Positions 1 through 13,067 of a stretch of 64,000 nucleotides of DNA are shown one piece after another. A model generated the notes under the pieces. It was not told where the DNA came from. It did no database searches and worked only from the letters and a program-made list of their open reading frames with translations. The DNA is from Rebecca billardiae RCC1528 (lineage: Eukaryota > Protista > Haptophyta). The stretch lies in NCBI GenBank assembly GCA_965240325.2, contig OZ251247.1, positions 62,001 through 126,000 of the forward strand, given 5' to 3'. Position 1 is the stretch's first letter. The number at the start of each line of letters is the position of its first letter. Position numbers and translations under genes: made by a program.

Positions 1-335
1 AGAGCAACCGGCCGCGCGCTTACGCAAACTCGCCGCTCGGAGAGTCGCTGTGCGGCCGCCGCGTCGGCGCGTGCCATCTCGAGCTGCTCTCGAGGCGCAG
101 GAGGAGGAAGGCGGTGCTCAGCACCGCGAACGACTACGGCCATGCTCTCTCGCGAGGTCCGCCGCGCGGCCTTCGCCGCCGATCACGGCCTCTGAGGGCA
201 GTGGCCAAGGCGCGCGCCGGCAGCCATCGTCAGACTCTGCCGATTCAACTCTCGTGGAACATTCGTCCGCTGCGGCGAGTTTCGTTTCGCGGGAATCGCG
301 GCCTGATGAATATTCGGACGTTAGTCATTACGGTC

Positions 336-496
336 GCAGGTGGATCGCGCTCCCTCAAGGCCGCGCTCAAGCCATTCGATCGCGGTTCAGGCTATGCTCT
401 GCCACCAGCGCCGACTTCGTGTCGACGATCGGGCACTGCCGACGACGAATCAGGAGACCTGCGCCGTCCTACCTGTGTCGTTAAATCATAGAATGG
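336..496 (+). repeat. Dispersed repeat of about 160 bp; second copy at about 52486-52650
   Basis: gcaggtggatcgcgctcc...cctacctgtgtcgttaaatcatagaatg is near-identical at both places and similarity stops abruptly after agaatg. Confidence 0.9.
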
Positions 497-650
497 GTAT
501 AGGCCGCGCGAGTTGACGCCGCTTCGCACTACTACTTGGTCAGACGTCTATCTACACTCTACGGTCCCGGCACACCGAGCTCCCCCCCCCCCACCGCGCG
601 CTCGCCGGCGCGACCGAAGCGCGCGTGCTGCCCCTCGCCCACGCACGGCG

Positions 651-3583
651 ATGCTCCGCGGCTGGACCCTCCCTCGCCGCCTCGGCGCGGCCGGCGCGCC
701 CGGCGCCAAGCCGCGCGGCGCCGCCGTGAGCCCCGGCGGCGCGCTCGAGCCGGCGCCGGCGCCCGCGCCCGCGGCGGCGGACCGCTGGTCGGCGGCGGAC
801 GCGGACATCGCCGCGCACCTGGACATCCAGCCCGCCGCCTTCTCGCGCTGGGGCGTCTTCGCCGACCCCGCCGTCGAGGCCGCGTACGTGCGGCACGAGC
901 TGCGCGGCCGCTTTGCGCGCGCCGTCCCGCGCGTGATGTTTGTGTTCGTGGTGCTCACCGCAACGGTCGTGGTGCGCGAGGCGGCGCTGAGCCGCACGGT
1001 CCTCCGAGCCTCCTCGCTCTTCACGCTCACGCTCTGCGTCACCTGCGCCGCGCTCGGCGCGGGCGTGCCGCTCGCGCTGCGGCGCGGCGCGCCGATGGGC
1101 GCGGTGTCGGGCGCGTTCACGCTCGGCCTGTCGGCGATGAGCGCGGCCGGCCAGTTCTCGCACCCGTACCGCGCGGCGCTGCTCTCGGGCGACGCGTCCT
1201 TCCTCGCCGCCTCCGACGCCGCCGGCCTCTCCTGGTCCCAGGCCTCGCTCTACCTGCGCGCGCTCGCCTTCCTGATGACGGTCGGGCTCTTCACGCCGCT
1301 GCAGCCGCGCCAGTTTGCGGGCGCGGGCGTGGTGACGACGGCGGCGACGGTGGCGGCGCAGCTGGTCGCGCCGCTCCCGCCGAGCGGCGACGCGACGCGC
1401 GACACGCTCATCTCCGGCCTCATCCTCGCCCTCATCTTCGCCGCGCACGCGCGGCTCGTGCGCGCCGAGCGCACGCGCTACCACTTCCACCGCGCCGTGT
1501 ACGCGGCCGTGGTCGAGCGTCAGTCGCTCGAGCGGCAGGAGCACGAGCAGCGGCTGCGCGCGTCGCAGGCGGAGGCGGCGACGCAGGCGCGCGCGCGGCT
1601 CATCCGCGTCGTGATGCACGACCTGCGCTCGCCGCTCCTCTCCGTCGCCAGCATGGCCGAGACGCTCGCCGCGCGGCCGCTCGGCACGCGGCTCGGCGCG
1701 CCGCCGGTGCGGCGCGCGGTCGAGTCGATGTGCGCGTGCGCGCGGCTGATGGAGAACATCGTGAGCGACATGCTCGGTGCGGGGCGCGGCGCGGCGCGCG
1801 CTGCCGCCCGCGCCCGCGCCCGCGCTCACGCCCGCGCGCCTCGCCCCCCGCGCCGCGCCCGCCGCCCGCCGCGCGCGCCCCAGACTTTGAGCGCATCGAC
1901 AGCGGGCGTCTGCAGCTGGTGCACGGCAGCTTCTCCGCGCGGCAGCTGCTCGCCTCCTCGCTCGCCACCTTCGCGCCGCTCGCCGCGAAGAAGGGCGTCG
2001 CGCTCGAGTGCGCGCCGCTGCCGCCCGCGATGCGCCGCGCGCGGTACGTGGGCGACGTGCTGCGCCTCACGCAGTGCCTCAACAACGGCGTGTCCAACGC
2101 GATCAAGTTCACGAGCGCGGGCGGGCGCGTGCTGCTGCGCGCGGCGGAGGCGCCGCACCCGGACGAGTCCGGCTGGGCGCTCCTCGAGGTGGCGGTGGAG
2201 GACAGCGGCGCGGGCCTCTCGCCGTCCGAGCTCGAGACGCTGCGCACGCAGGGGCCCTTTGCGCAGGTGGGCGCGGGCCAGCTGCAGGGCAACGGCGGCA
2301 CGGGCCTCGGTCTGGACATCGTGCGCTCTGTGCTGCAGCTGCACCACGGCTCGCAGCTCGAGCTCAGCAGCGAGGGGAAGGGCAAGGGCACAAGCTTCGT
2401 GCTGCGCATCGCCTGCCCGCGCGCGCCGCCGTCCGGCGGCGCCGCCGCCGGGCGCGCGTCGTCCGAGCACTCGGGCACGGACGAGTGCTCGCACCAGGCG
2501 CACCAGGCGCACCAGCCGGGCAGCGCGCCCCACCTCCCACGCGCGCGCAGCACCGCGCGCAGCACCGCCCCCACCGCCGAGTCTGCGCCGCACGGCTCGG
2601 CGGCTGGCCGCGCCGAGGCGGCCGCCGCCGCGCTCGCCGCCGCCGGCTCGCGCCACCAGCGCTTTGCGCCGTGCGGCGGCGGTGGGGGCGCCTCGCTCGG
2701 CAGCGAGCACACCGCCGAGGAGGCGGCGGGCGCGGGCGAGGGCGAGGGCGAGGGGTGCGAGGGCGGTGCCCCCGCTGCGGTGCTCCGCTGCCTCCACGTC
2801 GAGGTGTGCGCACACCGCGCACACCGCGCACACCGCGCACTGCGCGCACGCGGCGCACGCGGCGCGCGCAGGCAGTAGCACGGCGCAGCACGCAGCCACG
2901 CCCCCGCGCGGCCTGCGCTTCACCCCACGGCCGCGCGCGCCCACGCGCCTCCCCCCCCCCGCAGGACGACCAGGTGCTGCGCTTCACGCTGGGCGCGCGC
3001 GTCTTCGAGCCCAGGGCCGCCCACTGCGACAGCGCGGAGGACGGGCGGCAGGCGCTCGAGCTCGTGCGGCAGCGCCCCGGCGAGTACGCGCTCATCCTGA
3101 TGGACAACCAGGTGTGTGCGGCGCTGTGTGTGTGTGCGTGTGTGCGGCGCTGTGTGCGTGTGCGTGCGTGCGCGCGCGCTGCGACCGGCCACTGCGCGGC
3201 GCGCGCAGTCACTCAGCCGCGCCACCGCGCGCCGCCCCGCCGCTGCTGCCCAGATGCCCAACATGGGAGGCTCGGAGGCGACGCGCGCGCTGCGCCAGCT
3301 CGGGTACGGCGGCGTGATCATCGGCATGACGGGCGACCCGTCCGGCTCGGCCGACCGCCATGCCTTCGAGGAGGCCGGCCTCGACGTGTGCGTCGACAAG
3401 ACCACGCAGGGCCTCGAGTACGTCGCCTCCGTGCTCGACGACATGATCCGCGCGGCGCACGAGCGCGCGCAGCGGGCGGGGCCGCTGGGCTCACAGGGCG
3501 CGGTCGAGGCAGACGGGCCCGCGGCGGCGGGCGGCAGCGACGCCGAGTCCGGCTGGGAGCTCGGCGCTGCCGTGGTCCTCTGA
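651..3583 (+). CDS. Membrane-bound hybrid sensor histidine kinase (TM region-HisKA-HATPase-receiver); exons 651-1776, 1884-2803, 2965-3111, 3254-3583
   Basis: GT-AG splicing joins about 6 hydrophobic helices, H-box VVMHDLRSPL, SDML|DFERIDSGRL, N-box LNNGVSNAIKFT, VEDSGAGLS, G-box GGTGLGLDIV, and receiver motifs CLHVE|DD, LILMDNQ|MP, IIGMTG, CVDK. Confidence 0.93.
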
Positions 3584-3598
3584 TAGCGCTATATAGCA

Positions 3599-3631
3599 GC
3601 ACTCACTCACTCACTCACTCACTCACTCACT
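3599..3631. repeat. (CACT)n microsatellite
   Basis: About 8 tandem units just after the kinase stop codon. Confidence 0.9.
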
Positions 3632-4445
3632 ACCTTGACTGCCCCCCAGCCCCGTTTTTGGCCGCACGATTGCGAATCTCAGAGTTACTTGGCCAGTCAA
3701 TGTTTAGAGTTTTGAAGAAGGCGAAAGACTATCTGGCGGCCGAAACGAGGGACGGCTGTCCCGATGGCGTTCCGGCCGCGAAGTCCGCCGGTGCCTTGCA
3801 CGAGGGCGGCCGATCAGTGGCGCCTAGCCCGGTCGTCCGCGCGGTTGTGTCAGCGCACGCGCCATGTGTGTGCCCCCCGCTGTCACGGCATGTTGTGCGC
3901 CAGCACCGTGGGAGCTCCTCGCCTGTTCCTGTCACTCACGGCTAAGCGACGGTGCAGAGATCTTCAGTCCGAGCCCGCGACTGCTGAACTTCTGTGATAC
4001 GTGTGCGAATCCTTGCAGAAAAGCACGCTCTGCTCCCGCAAATCTACCTGGCGAACGTGCGCTGGTGTCAATGCTTCACGCAGTGCACAAATGCCATGGC
4101 GAATCAGTCTTCCCTGCGTGTCACAGGCCTTGGCGTTTGCACATCGACAAGCTAACGGAGACCGGAGTCCCGACGAGCTGCGTATGGCTGTGGTCGCATG
4201 TAGTGTGGGCGTCGAACGCCGGAGAAGGTGGTGGCTGAAGGCGATAGAAGTATGCTCTCCCATCGGGTACAAGCCAGGCTTGGAAGACGTCTGCTTGCAT
4301 CACACACACAGCTTACGCCGACCCGTGCGACGTGAAGCGCATTGCGTTAATTTCTTGTGGGGCGAAACGAGTGTTCGCGAAAAAGGGAGGCTCTCGAAAA
4401 TCACGAAAGCAGTGCTCCCATTGGCCGAAACGAGTGAACCATGTC
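3631..4445 (+). mobile_element. Degenerate repeat or transposon remnant A, related to remnant B
   Basis: Lower GC with broken frames; 4338-4376 is an imperfect reverse complement of 7747-7783. Boundaries are approximate. Confidence 0.4.
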
Positions 4446-6343
4446 ACCCACATTTTGAGTAAAGTCCCATGAAAGACAATGAAAACTGAGCAGATTGGAA
4501 TCAGAGTCTGGCGAAAGCACTAATCATGTCAGCGAAGCAGAGGCCAAAGGCACACACGTCCAAAGCCCGAGATCCTGCAGGGAGGAGGCCGGGGGGCGAC
4601 GACGAGTCCGGCGTATCAGAGGAACACTTTTGCGCGATTTCGTCAGACGAGAGCGAGCGCTCACGCTTCCTCGATGGCGTTGAGTGCCGGTCGTTCATGA
4701 GCGTGGCGAAGGGAGCGTCCAACCCATGCTTATCTGCGCCCGGCTGTGTGGCCCTCTCCGTCTCGGTCACCTCTGCGCTGCACCACACCCTCTCCGCTGC
4801 CCGCTGCTGCAGGCTGACTGCGGCAGGCGGACTTGAGGACGCCGACGCCACAGGCCGACGAGGCGGCTGACCGTCAGCCACGACCACTATGTGGAGGCAC
4901 GTGCTGTGCCATCCGTGCCGCGTGCAGCGGCGGCTGGAGCGCGGAAATCGCAGCCCGCCACGGCCTCGCTGGTGGCAGCGCATGCGCTGCATGCGGCATC
5001 AGAACGGCGCAGGCCCGGCGCGCCGGCGCTGTCGGTCGCGCTCGCGCTCGCCACTCAAGCTGAAGCAGCGGCGCCGTGATCGGTGATGGAACGGTGTGCC
5101 TGCTGGCCATCTGCGCGCAAGGCGCGGGGCCCTCGTGCAGAGCATGTCGACAGGCCGACAGTCAAGTAGGCGGAGGGTGCTTACCCGGCTCGGCGGCGAG
5201 CCTCGCCCGCGACTGCGCACATGAGGAGCGCGCGTGCATATCCACGCCGCATTGATGGGCGGCAGCTGGAGTGGCGCAGCCACATTCTGCCGCAGCGCCG
5301 CCCCGCGCTTCCACGCTGGCAGACGCGGCTTCGAACCGCCTCCGTCGCCGCCTCCACCGCAGCATGATTGGGATCCGCCGGAGAAGAACGACCGTGTCGC
5401 GCGCGGCCAGACCGCCGTCATCGGCGCGCGGACGCGGACGGCGGCGGGGCCGCGGGTGTGACTCGCGGATGTATGCCGCCATCATGGTCTGTGACACTGC
5501 CTTCGGATGCCACGAGACCGAGTGCCGTCAATGACTGCGCGGGCCAAGGCCGCGGCTGGGCGACGCCTGCGCCGGCCACGCCGCCGCCGTCAGTCAGCTG
5601 TCCGACGACACCTGATCTGCGGTCGACGCCGGTCCCGCGGGCGCGGTGGCCTCGCCCTCGGACTTTTGACGAGCGCGACGGCTCGTTTTCTACGACATCA
5701 TCACATATACGCTACTTGCAGCATCAGCGCGGCCGTGGCGTCCCCGTGGCCGTCTACTGCGTCGTGCCGTCCGAGGCTGCTGACGATGACCTCTTTAGTC
5801 AGACCGTGCTGCCCGCGCCGTTGATATCGGCGGGTAGTCGGATGTCGTAAATCAAAGCGGTTGTCGATCGACACTGATGATCGAGTGCGTCCGGCCGTAA
5901 TTTTAGTCTCCGACGACTCCACCGAGTAAGTCTATAACAATAAGAATGTAGTTATGGCGGCTGTCCGAGTCCCCGGCCGCGTCGACGTAGTGACGAACTC
6001 CGACGCTGCATGATTGATCTACTCTGCTCGGATGCCAATCGTCGAATAAGCCTGGCAGTGTGAGTTACGTGGTGAGCGCCGCCAGCAGGCGTCGACTGAC
6101 GAGCCGCCAGCAGGCGTTGACTGACGAGCTGCGTACTACAGTATGACGAGACGATAGTAATCGTCAGTATAGCTGCTGATACTAGACACTGTGATGTGAT
6201 TATGATCCCGTCGCCGCCGCCCGCGCCGCTCGCCGGGAAGCGAAGCAAGTGCTCGATCACTCGATCAGCGTGGCGGAGAACCGCCTTACACTGCAGCAGA
6301 GTCACCGTATTTAGTCTGCTGCTGTCTGAATCTGATGCCATGC

Positions 6344-6429
6344 GAGGCACGCCGTGACGCCGCGGGCCGCCGCCGGTCGGCACGCGCGCCGGGTGAGGCA
6401 CGCCGTGACGCCGCGGGCCGCCGCCGGTC
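6344..6429 (+). repeat. Two direct copies of a 35-bp unit
   Basis: gaggcacgccgtgacgccgcgggccgccgccggtc at 6344 and 6395. Confidence 0.85.
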
Positions 6430-7689
6430 ACGGCACGGCGCGCCGAGGCACTCCGCGCCGGGTGCCCTGCCCCAGTACTACGTACTATTCACAACCGTAG
6501 GGCCGCAGGCGCTGATGAGCCTGTCAGGAATATAGACGACTATACGACTATGGCATGCATGGTGATTGAAACGGAAGATCGAAGCGACTCTGAGTGAGGA
6601 TCGAATCGGATGAGCCCGCTATTCTGGGTGCCTCAGCCGCGGCCGTCGCGCGGAGCCCGACGCCAGCGCACTACGTGGGCGCACGGATCTAAAAACCACT
6701 AGCTCGACACTGCACGGGAAAAGTGGCGGTACCCGGCGGCGCACAGACGCAGACTGCTATTATGATTATCAGAGCACGTTCTCACCGGGCAGCACTGCAC
6801 GAGAATAGTGCCGCGGCGCCGGGGTGCCTGGCGCGGCGCACAGACACTATGATCATCGGAGCACGTTCTCACCGGGCAGCACCGTGGGATGGCCGTTATC
6901 GCCCTAGTCTTGGCCACCCCGGACCTGTACAGCAGCAGCCACCGCAGCTTCTTCCGCGCCTCGCCTCGTCGTCGGTGTTGAATGTGACTCGCGGCCGGCG
7001 CGCTTGGCAATGATGGCGTCACCAGCCGCCTCCGCGCAGAAGTGGCTTCGGTCAAAGTACACCAGCCTTGGCATCAAGGCAATGGGCTCTGACGGTGCTC
7101 CCGACCTGACTGCACCGCCCATGCTGTCGAGCAGTGACTGCGGCTGCAGGGAGCACTGCAAGAAGAGGTAGGACTCGATGCCCGCCGTGCCCGACCCATC
7201 CATTTCCCGCTCGCGCGGGTTCTCGAGCGACGAGATGATCAGGGGCAGGGCGTGGCGGTGTTGATGGCCGCGCGAGAACGGGTTTATCACGAACCTGCAT
7301 GAGCTGACCACCGCATCTGTGGCTGCGGACACTCTGTTCGCTTCACGTGCTCCGCGCTGCGGAGCGTGGACTCCAACTGACCGGCCCCGCGCACGAGCAA
7401 TTTACCGCGCAGCACCCGCCGGTCTTGGGCAACGGTCAACGCCCGGCCGCGTCCATCACCTTACTGCTTGGCGCCATTCTGCCACGCCGTGTTCGGACCG
7501 CAGCCCGAGCTGTAGTAGCGAGCAGGTGTTCGACGGAAAGGCCAGGGCGCCACGGCTTCACCTCCCCGCTCGGTCGGAAGGCGGAGCTGGAGCTGGTCCT
7601 CGAACCGCGACGATGGGAAGATTGAAGAGTCCCTGCGGACCTCCCTATTACGGGAATCTTGCGCTCTCGAGCGCTATTGAAGGGTGTTA

Positions 7690-9700
7690 AAGCCTCAGCC
7701 AATCAGGGGCGGCGGCGCGGCCATGTTTTTTTCTCAACGCCTGCCAAACACTCGTTTCGGCCCACCTCAGATTAACGCAATGCCTCAAGCGTGACGGAAG
7801 CAACCCAAGGTGCGCGCAAGGCGTGAGGAGCAGGGTGATCTAACCTTACGCGGGCCTGCTCATCTAGCAGCGCACTCAGTAGATCGCCCCCGTCCTCAGG
7901 CGCACGATGACCACCGAATCGTGAATGTGTAGACGCTGACGCGTGCCAGCTTGCGGCGAGCAGCGACCGTGCCGCGGACTCGGGCCTCGCGCAAGAACAA
8001 GCAGGTTTTTTTGGCGCGGAGGACGCTAGCATGACCTGCACGTACAGCGGGGAGATTGTTTGCAAGGCGTGCCCTACATACAGCTCGCGTGCCCCTCACT
8101 AAATTAAGCACTCCTCAGCCGGCACCGGCGCCGCGTCGCCAGTCGTCCTACCCCAGCCCATGAGCCCATGCGAGGCCACCACCGGTCTACGATTACCTCG
8201 GCTGCAGCGCCCAGCCATCGAGGCGGCCTCCGGCTCGGCGAGCTGCTCGGCTGCGATCTTCGCGCTCTCTGACTCTGCTGCCACGCCCGCCGTGCTCACC
8301 GCCTTGACCATTGTGCGGTCCGCGCGCTGCTCCGCTGTGATCGCCGCCAGATCCTCACGCCGCGCCTGGGCCTCGGATGTGCCTGCGCGGCTGTTGGCGG
8401 CCGTGATGGCGCCAGTGGGCTCGGTGTCGCGCGCCTGCTCCGCGGTGAGCGTGACGTCCGTGCGCGCTCTTCGCTTCCGCACATCTGCTGCAGCCCCACT
8501 ATCCAGGTGTGCGCCTCGGCCGTGCACAGAGAACAGGCAGGGCCAATGAACCGGCCACTCGAGGCGGAACGCGAGAGATTCAAACCAGTAGTGCACCACC
8601 TTCTTCTTCAACAGGCCATCCTTGCCGAGCTGGGTCCATCCTCAGCGCCGTGGCCTTCTCGTGTGCCTTGAGTTGTGAAGAGCGCGCGGACGTCGCCCAG
8701 CGAGAGGTCGATGCGCTCGCGCACCCGGCACCGGTAAGAAACTAGCGGCAGGCATCGTGATGATTACCTTCAGCGTCTCGGCGTCGGAGAGAGGCGGCAC
8801 ACGCGACGGTGCGCGCTCCCCAACGGCTGCATGAGTGAATGCGGCGGTGGAAAGCATGCGCGCGGGAGTACCGCGGGGCCATCAGGGGGGCAGGTACGTA
8901 CGCGGGAACGCTACAGATGGAAGGTACATGTGTTTGGGACCGCGTCTGTGCACCGTCTGCGTGCGCGGAGCCTGCGCATCATCTGCAAGGGGAGCACCCT
9001 CCTCCATCTCGAGCGCATGAGCCAGCTTGAACGCGCTGGCACGCGTGCAACCTCGCGGTTTCAATGTCCGACGCCGGCGACCGATATGTCCGGGGACATC
9101 ATGGTGGTCACGCAGACTCGCTCGATCGGGCGTTCTCGACGCTCGTACGCGCTCTGTCGCGCCGAGGCGACGGTGGTGATGACCGTCCAGTCGTGCATCT
9201 CCGTCGCCGCCAGCCACTGAACAGCCCGACCCGGCCGCTCGGCGCGCGCGCTCGCGGCGCTCGAATTTATGGCGAAACTCGCGCTCACTCCACTTGAAAA
9301 CCCGTCGAGGCATTTTTTCGATTTTATTTTGGTGTGCTGGACCCCCTACCCTCAGATATCCCGCGCGGAGAACGTCAGCAGCCCAGCATCGCAGTCCGCG
9401 CCGCAGCCCCAACCCGACTCAGCTCCGCCCCTCGCCCACCACGAGACGGCGAGATACCGACGAAGTGGAACGGAGCGAGCATCTATTTCCTATTGGGGCT
9501 CGCGGGAGCCGATGTGATCATTTTTCATTGAGCGAAGCCCGAGCTGGCTTCCCATTGGACGGATTGGCGGCTGCGCTACTCCGCAAGGCGAAACACTTAC
9601 AGCGTCACATCCCGAAAATGCAAGTTTGGACAATAGAGTGAGGCACCCTCCTCCAATGAAATTGCTGAAAATCCCGACGAAACTTTACTCGCACGTGTGA
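7690..9700 (-). mobile_element. Degenerate repeat or transposon remnant B with frameshifted ORF pieces
   Basis: Minus-strand fragments (MPRRVFKWSEREF..., ...YTFTIRWSSCA, ...VTLEALR*) whose 3' end matches remnant A. No intact catalytic motif seen. Confidence 0.35.
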
Positions 9701-10851
9701 GTACGCCCGATCTCCGGGAGATGTGGCCATTTCCGCCCACTGGGGCCATTCAAGGTCGGTGTCAGCGCCCCAGCCGTCAGCCGACTGCCGATGTGACGGA
9801 CGCTGCAGTCCGGCGAGTGAAGAACTACGACGAGGGCTACGTACGCGGTTCATGAGTCTGGCGCGGGACGCCCCGCTCACGGTCTCACGCCCACGGATCA
9901 TCATCATCGTCAGTGACCCGTGACCGGCCGGCGATCTCGGCACGGATCTGCGACTCGGAGTAACGTGCGTGACGTGCCGTAGTCACTGGTCATTGTGATG
10001 CGCGGGCGGCTCTACGTGGCGCGAATCCTAGCTGGCACGGGCGTGCGCGTGATGACGCGAATACTCTTGTGCGCGGCGGGTTTGAGACTCCCATCACGGA
10101 TACCGCAGACTCTCAGCCAGCGCCACGTCCGCCAGTCCGAGTGGCACTGATGACTGAAACACCGGGGGCCGGCCGCTGATCGACCGTCCGTGAGCCCGCG
10201 TCCGGCTCTTGCGGACTTGCGGCGGTGCGGAGGAGGCGGGGCGCCTTGAGCGTCAGTAGCTCAGGGTCGCTCGGGCCGCAGCCCGCCGGGGACACGCGCG
10301 AAGCGCTGGCCGCCGCGCATGCGGATGTGCGCGCCGCGCGCCGCCTCATGGTGGCCCGACGCGCGCCGGCCGGCGAGGCGGGTGGTCGCCGCGTGGGCGG
10401 GGCGGACGGCGCACGCGCTGGCGAGGCGAGCGCGACGAGGCTGGGCAGGCTGCCTGCCCGCCGCCCCGCCACCGTCCGCCGCCGCCGCTGCTGCGCGCCC
10501 GTCGTCCTCGCCGCCGTCCGCATCGACGTTCGGTCGCGCGAGGCGGCTGCCATCATTCTCATTTGTCTCGGACTCTCGGGGTCGAATGTGCCCGTTCAAG
10601 ATGCTCTGCTGACAATCGATGCCGCCGATCGAAACCGACAACGATCTCCGGTTGGCTTCCTGGGCTCGAGATCGCCTCGCGTCAAACCGCGTGCACTGGA
10701 GCACGGCCGCCATTGGCCCACGCCGGCTCCGTTGAGGCGCAAGCTCGGCGCGCGAGATTGTCGCGTCCGCCGCGGCGAGATCATCAGTGGCCGCACACGC
10801 GCCGTGTGGCCCGCCTGCGCGCTCGCTCGCCTCACACTCCCCGCATCGAGC

Positions 10852-13067
10852 ATGCGCGCGCGCGCGCGCGCGGAGGGCGGCTCCGCGCGGTGCACGCTCA
10901 CCGACATCGACCCCGACGTCGTCGTGCGCGGCGTCTCCATCGCGCTCAGCGTCCACTCGCGCATGAGCGCCGAGCGGCGGCGCGAGCTGCCCAGGGGCAC
11001 GCCCGCGCCGCTGCCCGCGTTCGACGAGAGCGTGGGCAAGTCGCCGCTGCTCATCGACCGTGCGCGCCGCGCGTCGTGCGCGCGCACGCGCGCGAGGGCG
11101 CCGCGCCCGCCGGGCGAGCCTCGCGCGCGCGCCACCGCGCCGCGCGCGCGCCGCACGCCGCGCGCGCGCGCGCGCGCGCGCCGCCCGCCCACGCGCGCAC
11201 GCGCGTGCGCGTGCCCCCGCCGCGGGCGCCCGCAGGCGACGCGGGGTACTACACGCGCCCCGACCACCCGGCCGACGCGGCGGACGCGCGCCCCCTCGCC
11301 GACCGCCTCGAGCGCTTTGTGCGCCTCACCTACGACCGCGTGTGCACTGAGCCGGAGGTGCCGATCATCGCGCTGGTGCTGATCGAGCGGCTGGTGCGCG
11401 TGGTGGGCGTGGGCTTCGTGCGGAGGCAGAGCGTGCGCCCGCTCGTCGCGAGCGCCTTCGTCCTCGCGTGCAAGATCTGGTTCGACGACCTCACCCACAT
11501 CATCGACTTCTGCGAGCTCGTGTGCGGAGGCGACCGCACGTGGCTGCAGCGGCTGGCTACCTGTGAGCTCGAGCTGCTGAGCCACATCGGCTTCGACGTG
11601 ACGGTGCGCCCGCGCGCGTTCGCGACGTACTACTTCGCGATGCTCTCGTCCATCCGCGAGGAGCAGGGCCAGCCCGGCGGCGGCGGCGGCGGCGGCGCCT
11701 CGAAGGGCGGCGGCGTGTCCACCAAGGCGTCGGGCGCGCTGCCGGGCATGGGCGGAGGCCCTCCGCTGCCGCCTGGCGCAAAGTCGGCGAGCAAGGCGGT
11801 GTCGGGCGTGCACGAGTACCGCCCCGCCGCGCACACCGCGGCGGGGCGCGCCGAGGAGGGCGCGGCCAACGCCGCCGCCGCCGCCAGCCGCCGCGCCGTC
11901 TCCGGTGCGCGCGCGCCGCGCACCCCGCGCCGCCGGCCGCCGCACGCGCCGCCGCAGCCGCCGCCGTGACCGTGAGCGCGACCGCGCGCGCCGCCGCCGC
12001 CGCCGCCCGCAGGCACGTGGGAGTACTCCTCCACCGAGCTCAAGATGATGCAGCGCGTCTCCCTCGCCGCGTCGATCAACCAGAAGTCCGGCGAGGACGA
12101 GGAGGACGACTCGGGCGACGACGACGCGCCGCCCGCCGTGATTGCAATCTCGGGCGAGGAGGTTGAGCAACCCGAGGGCGGCGAGAAGCGGGCGCCCACG
12201 CTGGCGCTGCCGCCCGGCGCGGTGGTCGACGCGGAGACCACGCCGTCCGTCGCGCAGGTGCGCGCGCACGCCGCGCCGCGCCGCGCGCTGCGTGCGCGCC
12301 GCCGCCGCGCGCGCCGCTCACGCCGCCGCGCGCGCCCCGCGCGCCCCCTGTGCGCCCGCGGCGCGCGCGCAGCTGGCGGCCGCCGCGGCGGACGTCGCGG
12401 GCGGAGGGCCGCAGGCCAAGCGCAACGCGCGCGCGCAGGTGCGTGGCGCGCGCCGCCGCCGCCGCCCCGCGCCCCTCGCCGCCCCCGCGCGCGCCCCGCG
12501 CCCGCTCCTCCCGCCGCTGAGCCAGCGCGCTGTCCGTCCCCTGACCCCTCACCCCTGACCCCTGCTGCTGCCCGCTGCCGCTGCCGCTGCCGCTGCCGCT
12601 GCCGCTGCCGCTGCCGCTGCCGCTGCCGCTGCCGCTGCCGCTGCCGCTGCCGCTGCCGCTGCCGCTGCCGCTGCCGCTGCCGCTGCCGCTGCCGCTGCCG
12701 CTGCCGCTGCCGCTGCCGCTGCCGCTGCCGCTGCCGCTGCCGCTGCCGCTGCCGCTGCCGCTGCCGCTGCCGCTGCCGCTGCCGCTGCCGCTGCCGCTGC
12801 CGCTGCCGCTGCCGCTGCCGCTGCCGCTGCCGCTGCCGCTGCCGCTGCCGCTGCCGCTGCCGCTGCCGCTGCCGCTGCCGCTGCCGCTGCCGCTGCCGCT
12901 GCCGCTGCCGCTGCCGCTGCCGCTGCCGCTGCCGCTGCCGCTGCCGCGCGCGCGGTCCGCAGGCCAAGGCGATCAAGATGAAGAGTGCCGAGTGGGCGAG
13001 CGCGGGCAACCCCAAGCTGCACGAGCTCGCGCAGGTCGCCTTGCTCGAGGGCGCCAACGACGGATGA
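10852..13067 (+). CDS. Cyclin Y-like protein; exons 10852-11059, 11236-11904, 12013-12257, 12373-12438, 12963-13067
   Basis: Cyclin box EVPIIALVLIERL...LVASAFVLACKIWFDD...ELELLSHIGFDVTVRPRAFATYYF resembles CCNY (LASKVWDD...YAKYYF). All four introns are GT-AG and keep frame; the start codon is less certain. Confidence 0.82.
12572..12947. repeat. Perfect (GCCGCT)n array of about 62 units in the last cyclin intron
   Basis: Directly visible; lies between donor 12439 and acceptor 12962. Confidence 0.97.

Noticed and set aside
4457-9690. GAGTAAAGT...ACTTTACTC as Mutator-like TIRs
   Set aside because: The match is only 9 bp, extends poorly, and the candidate 9-bp target duplication matches at 5 of 9 positions.
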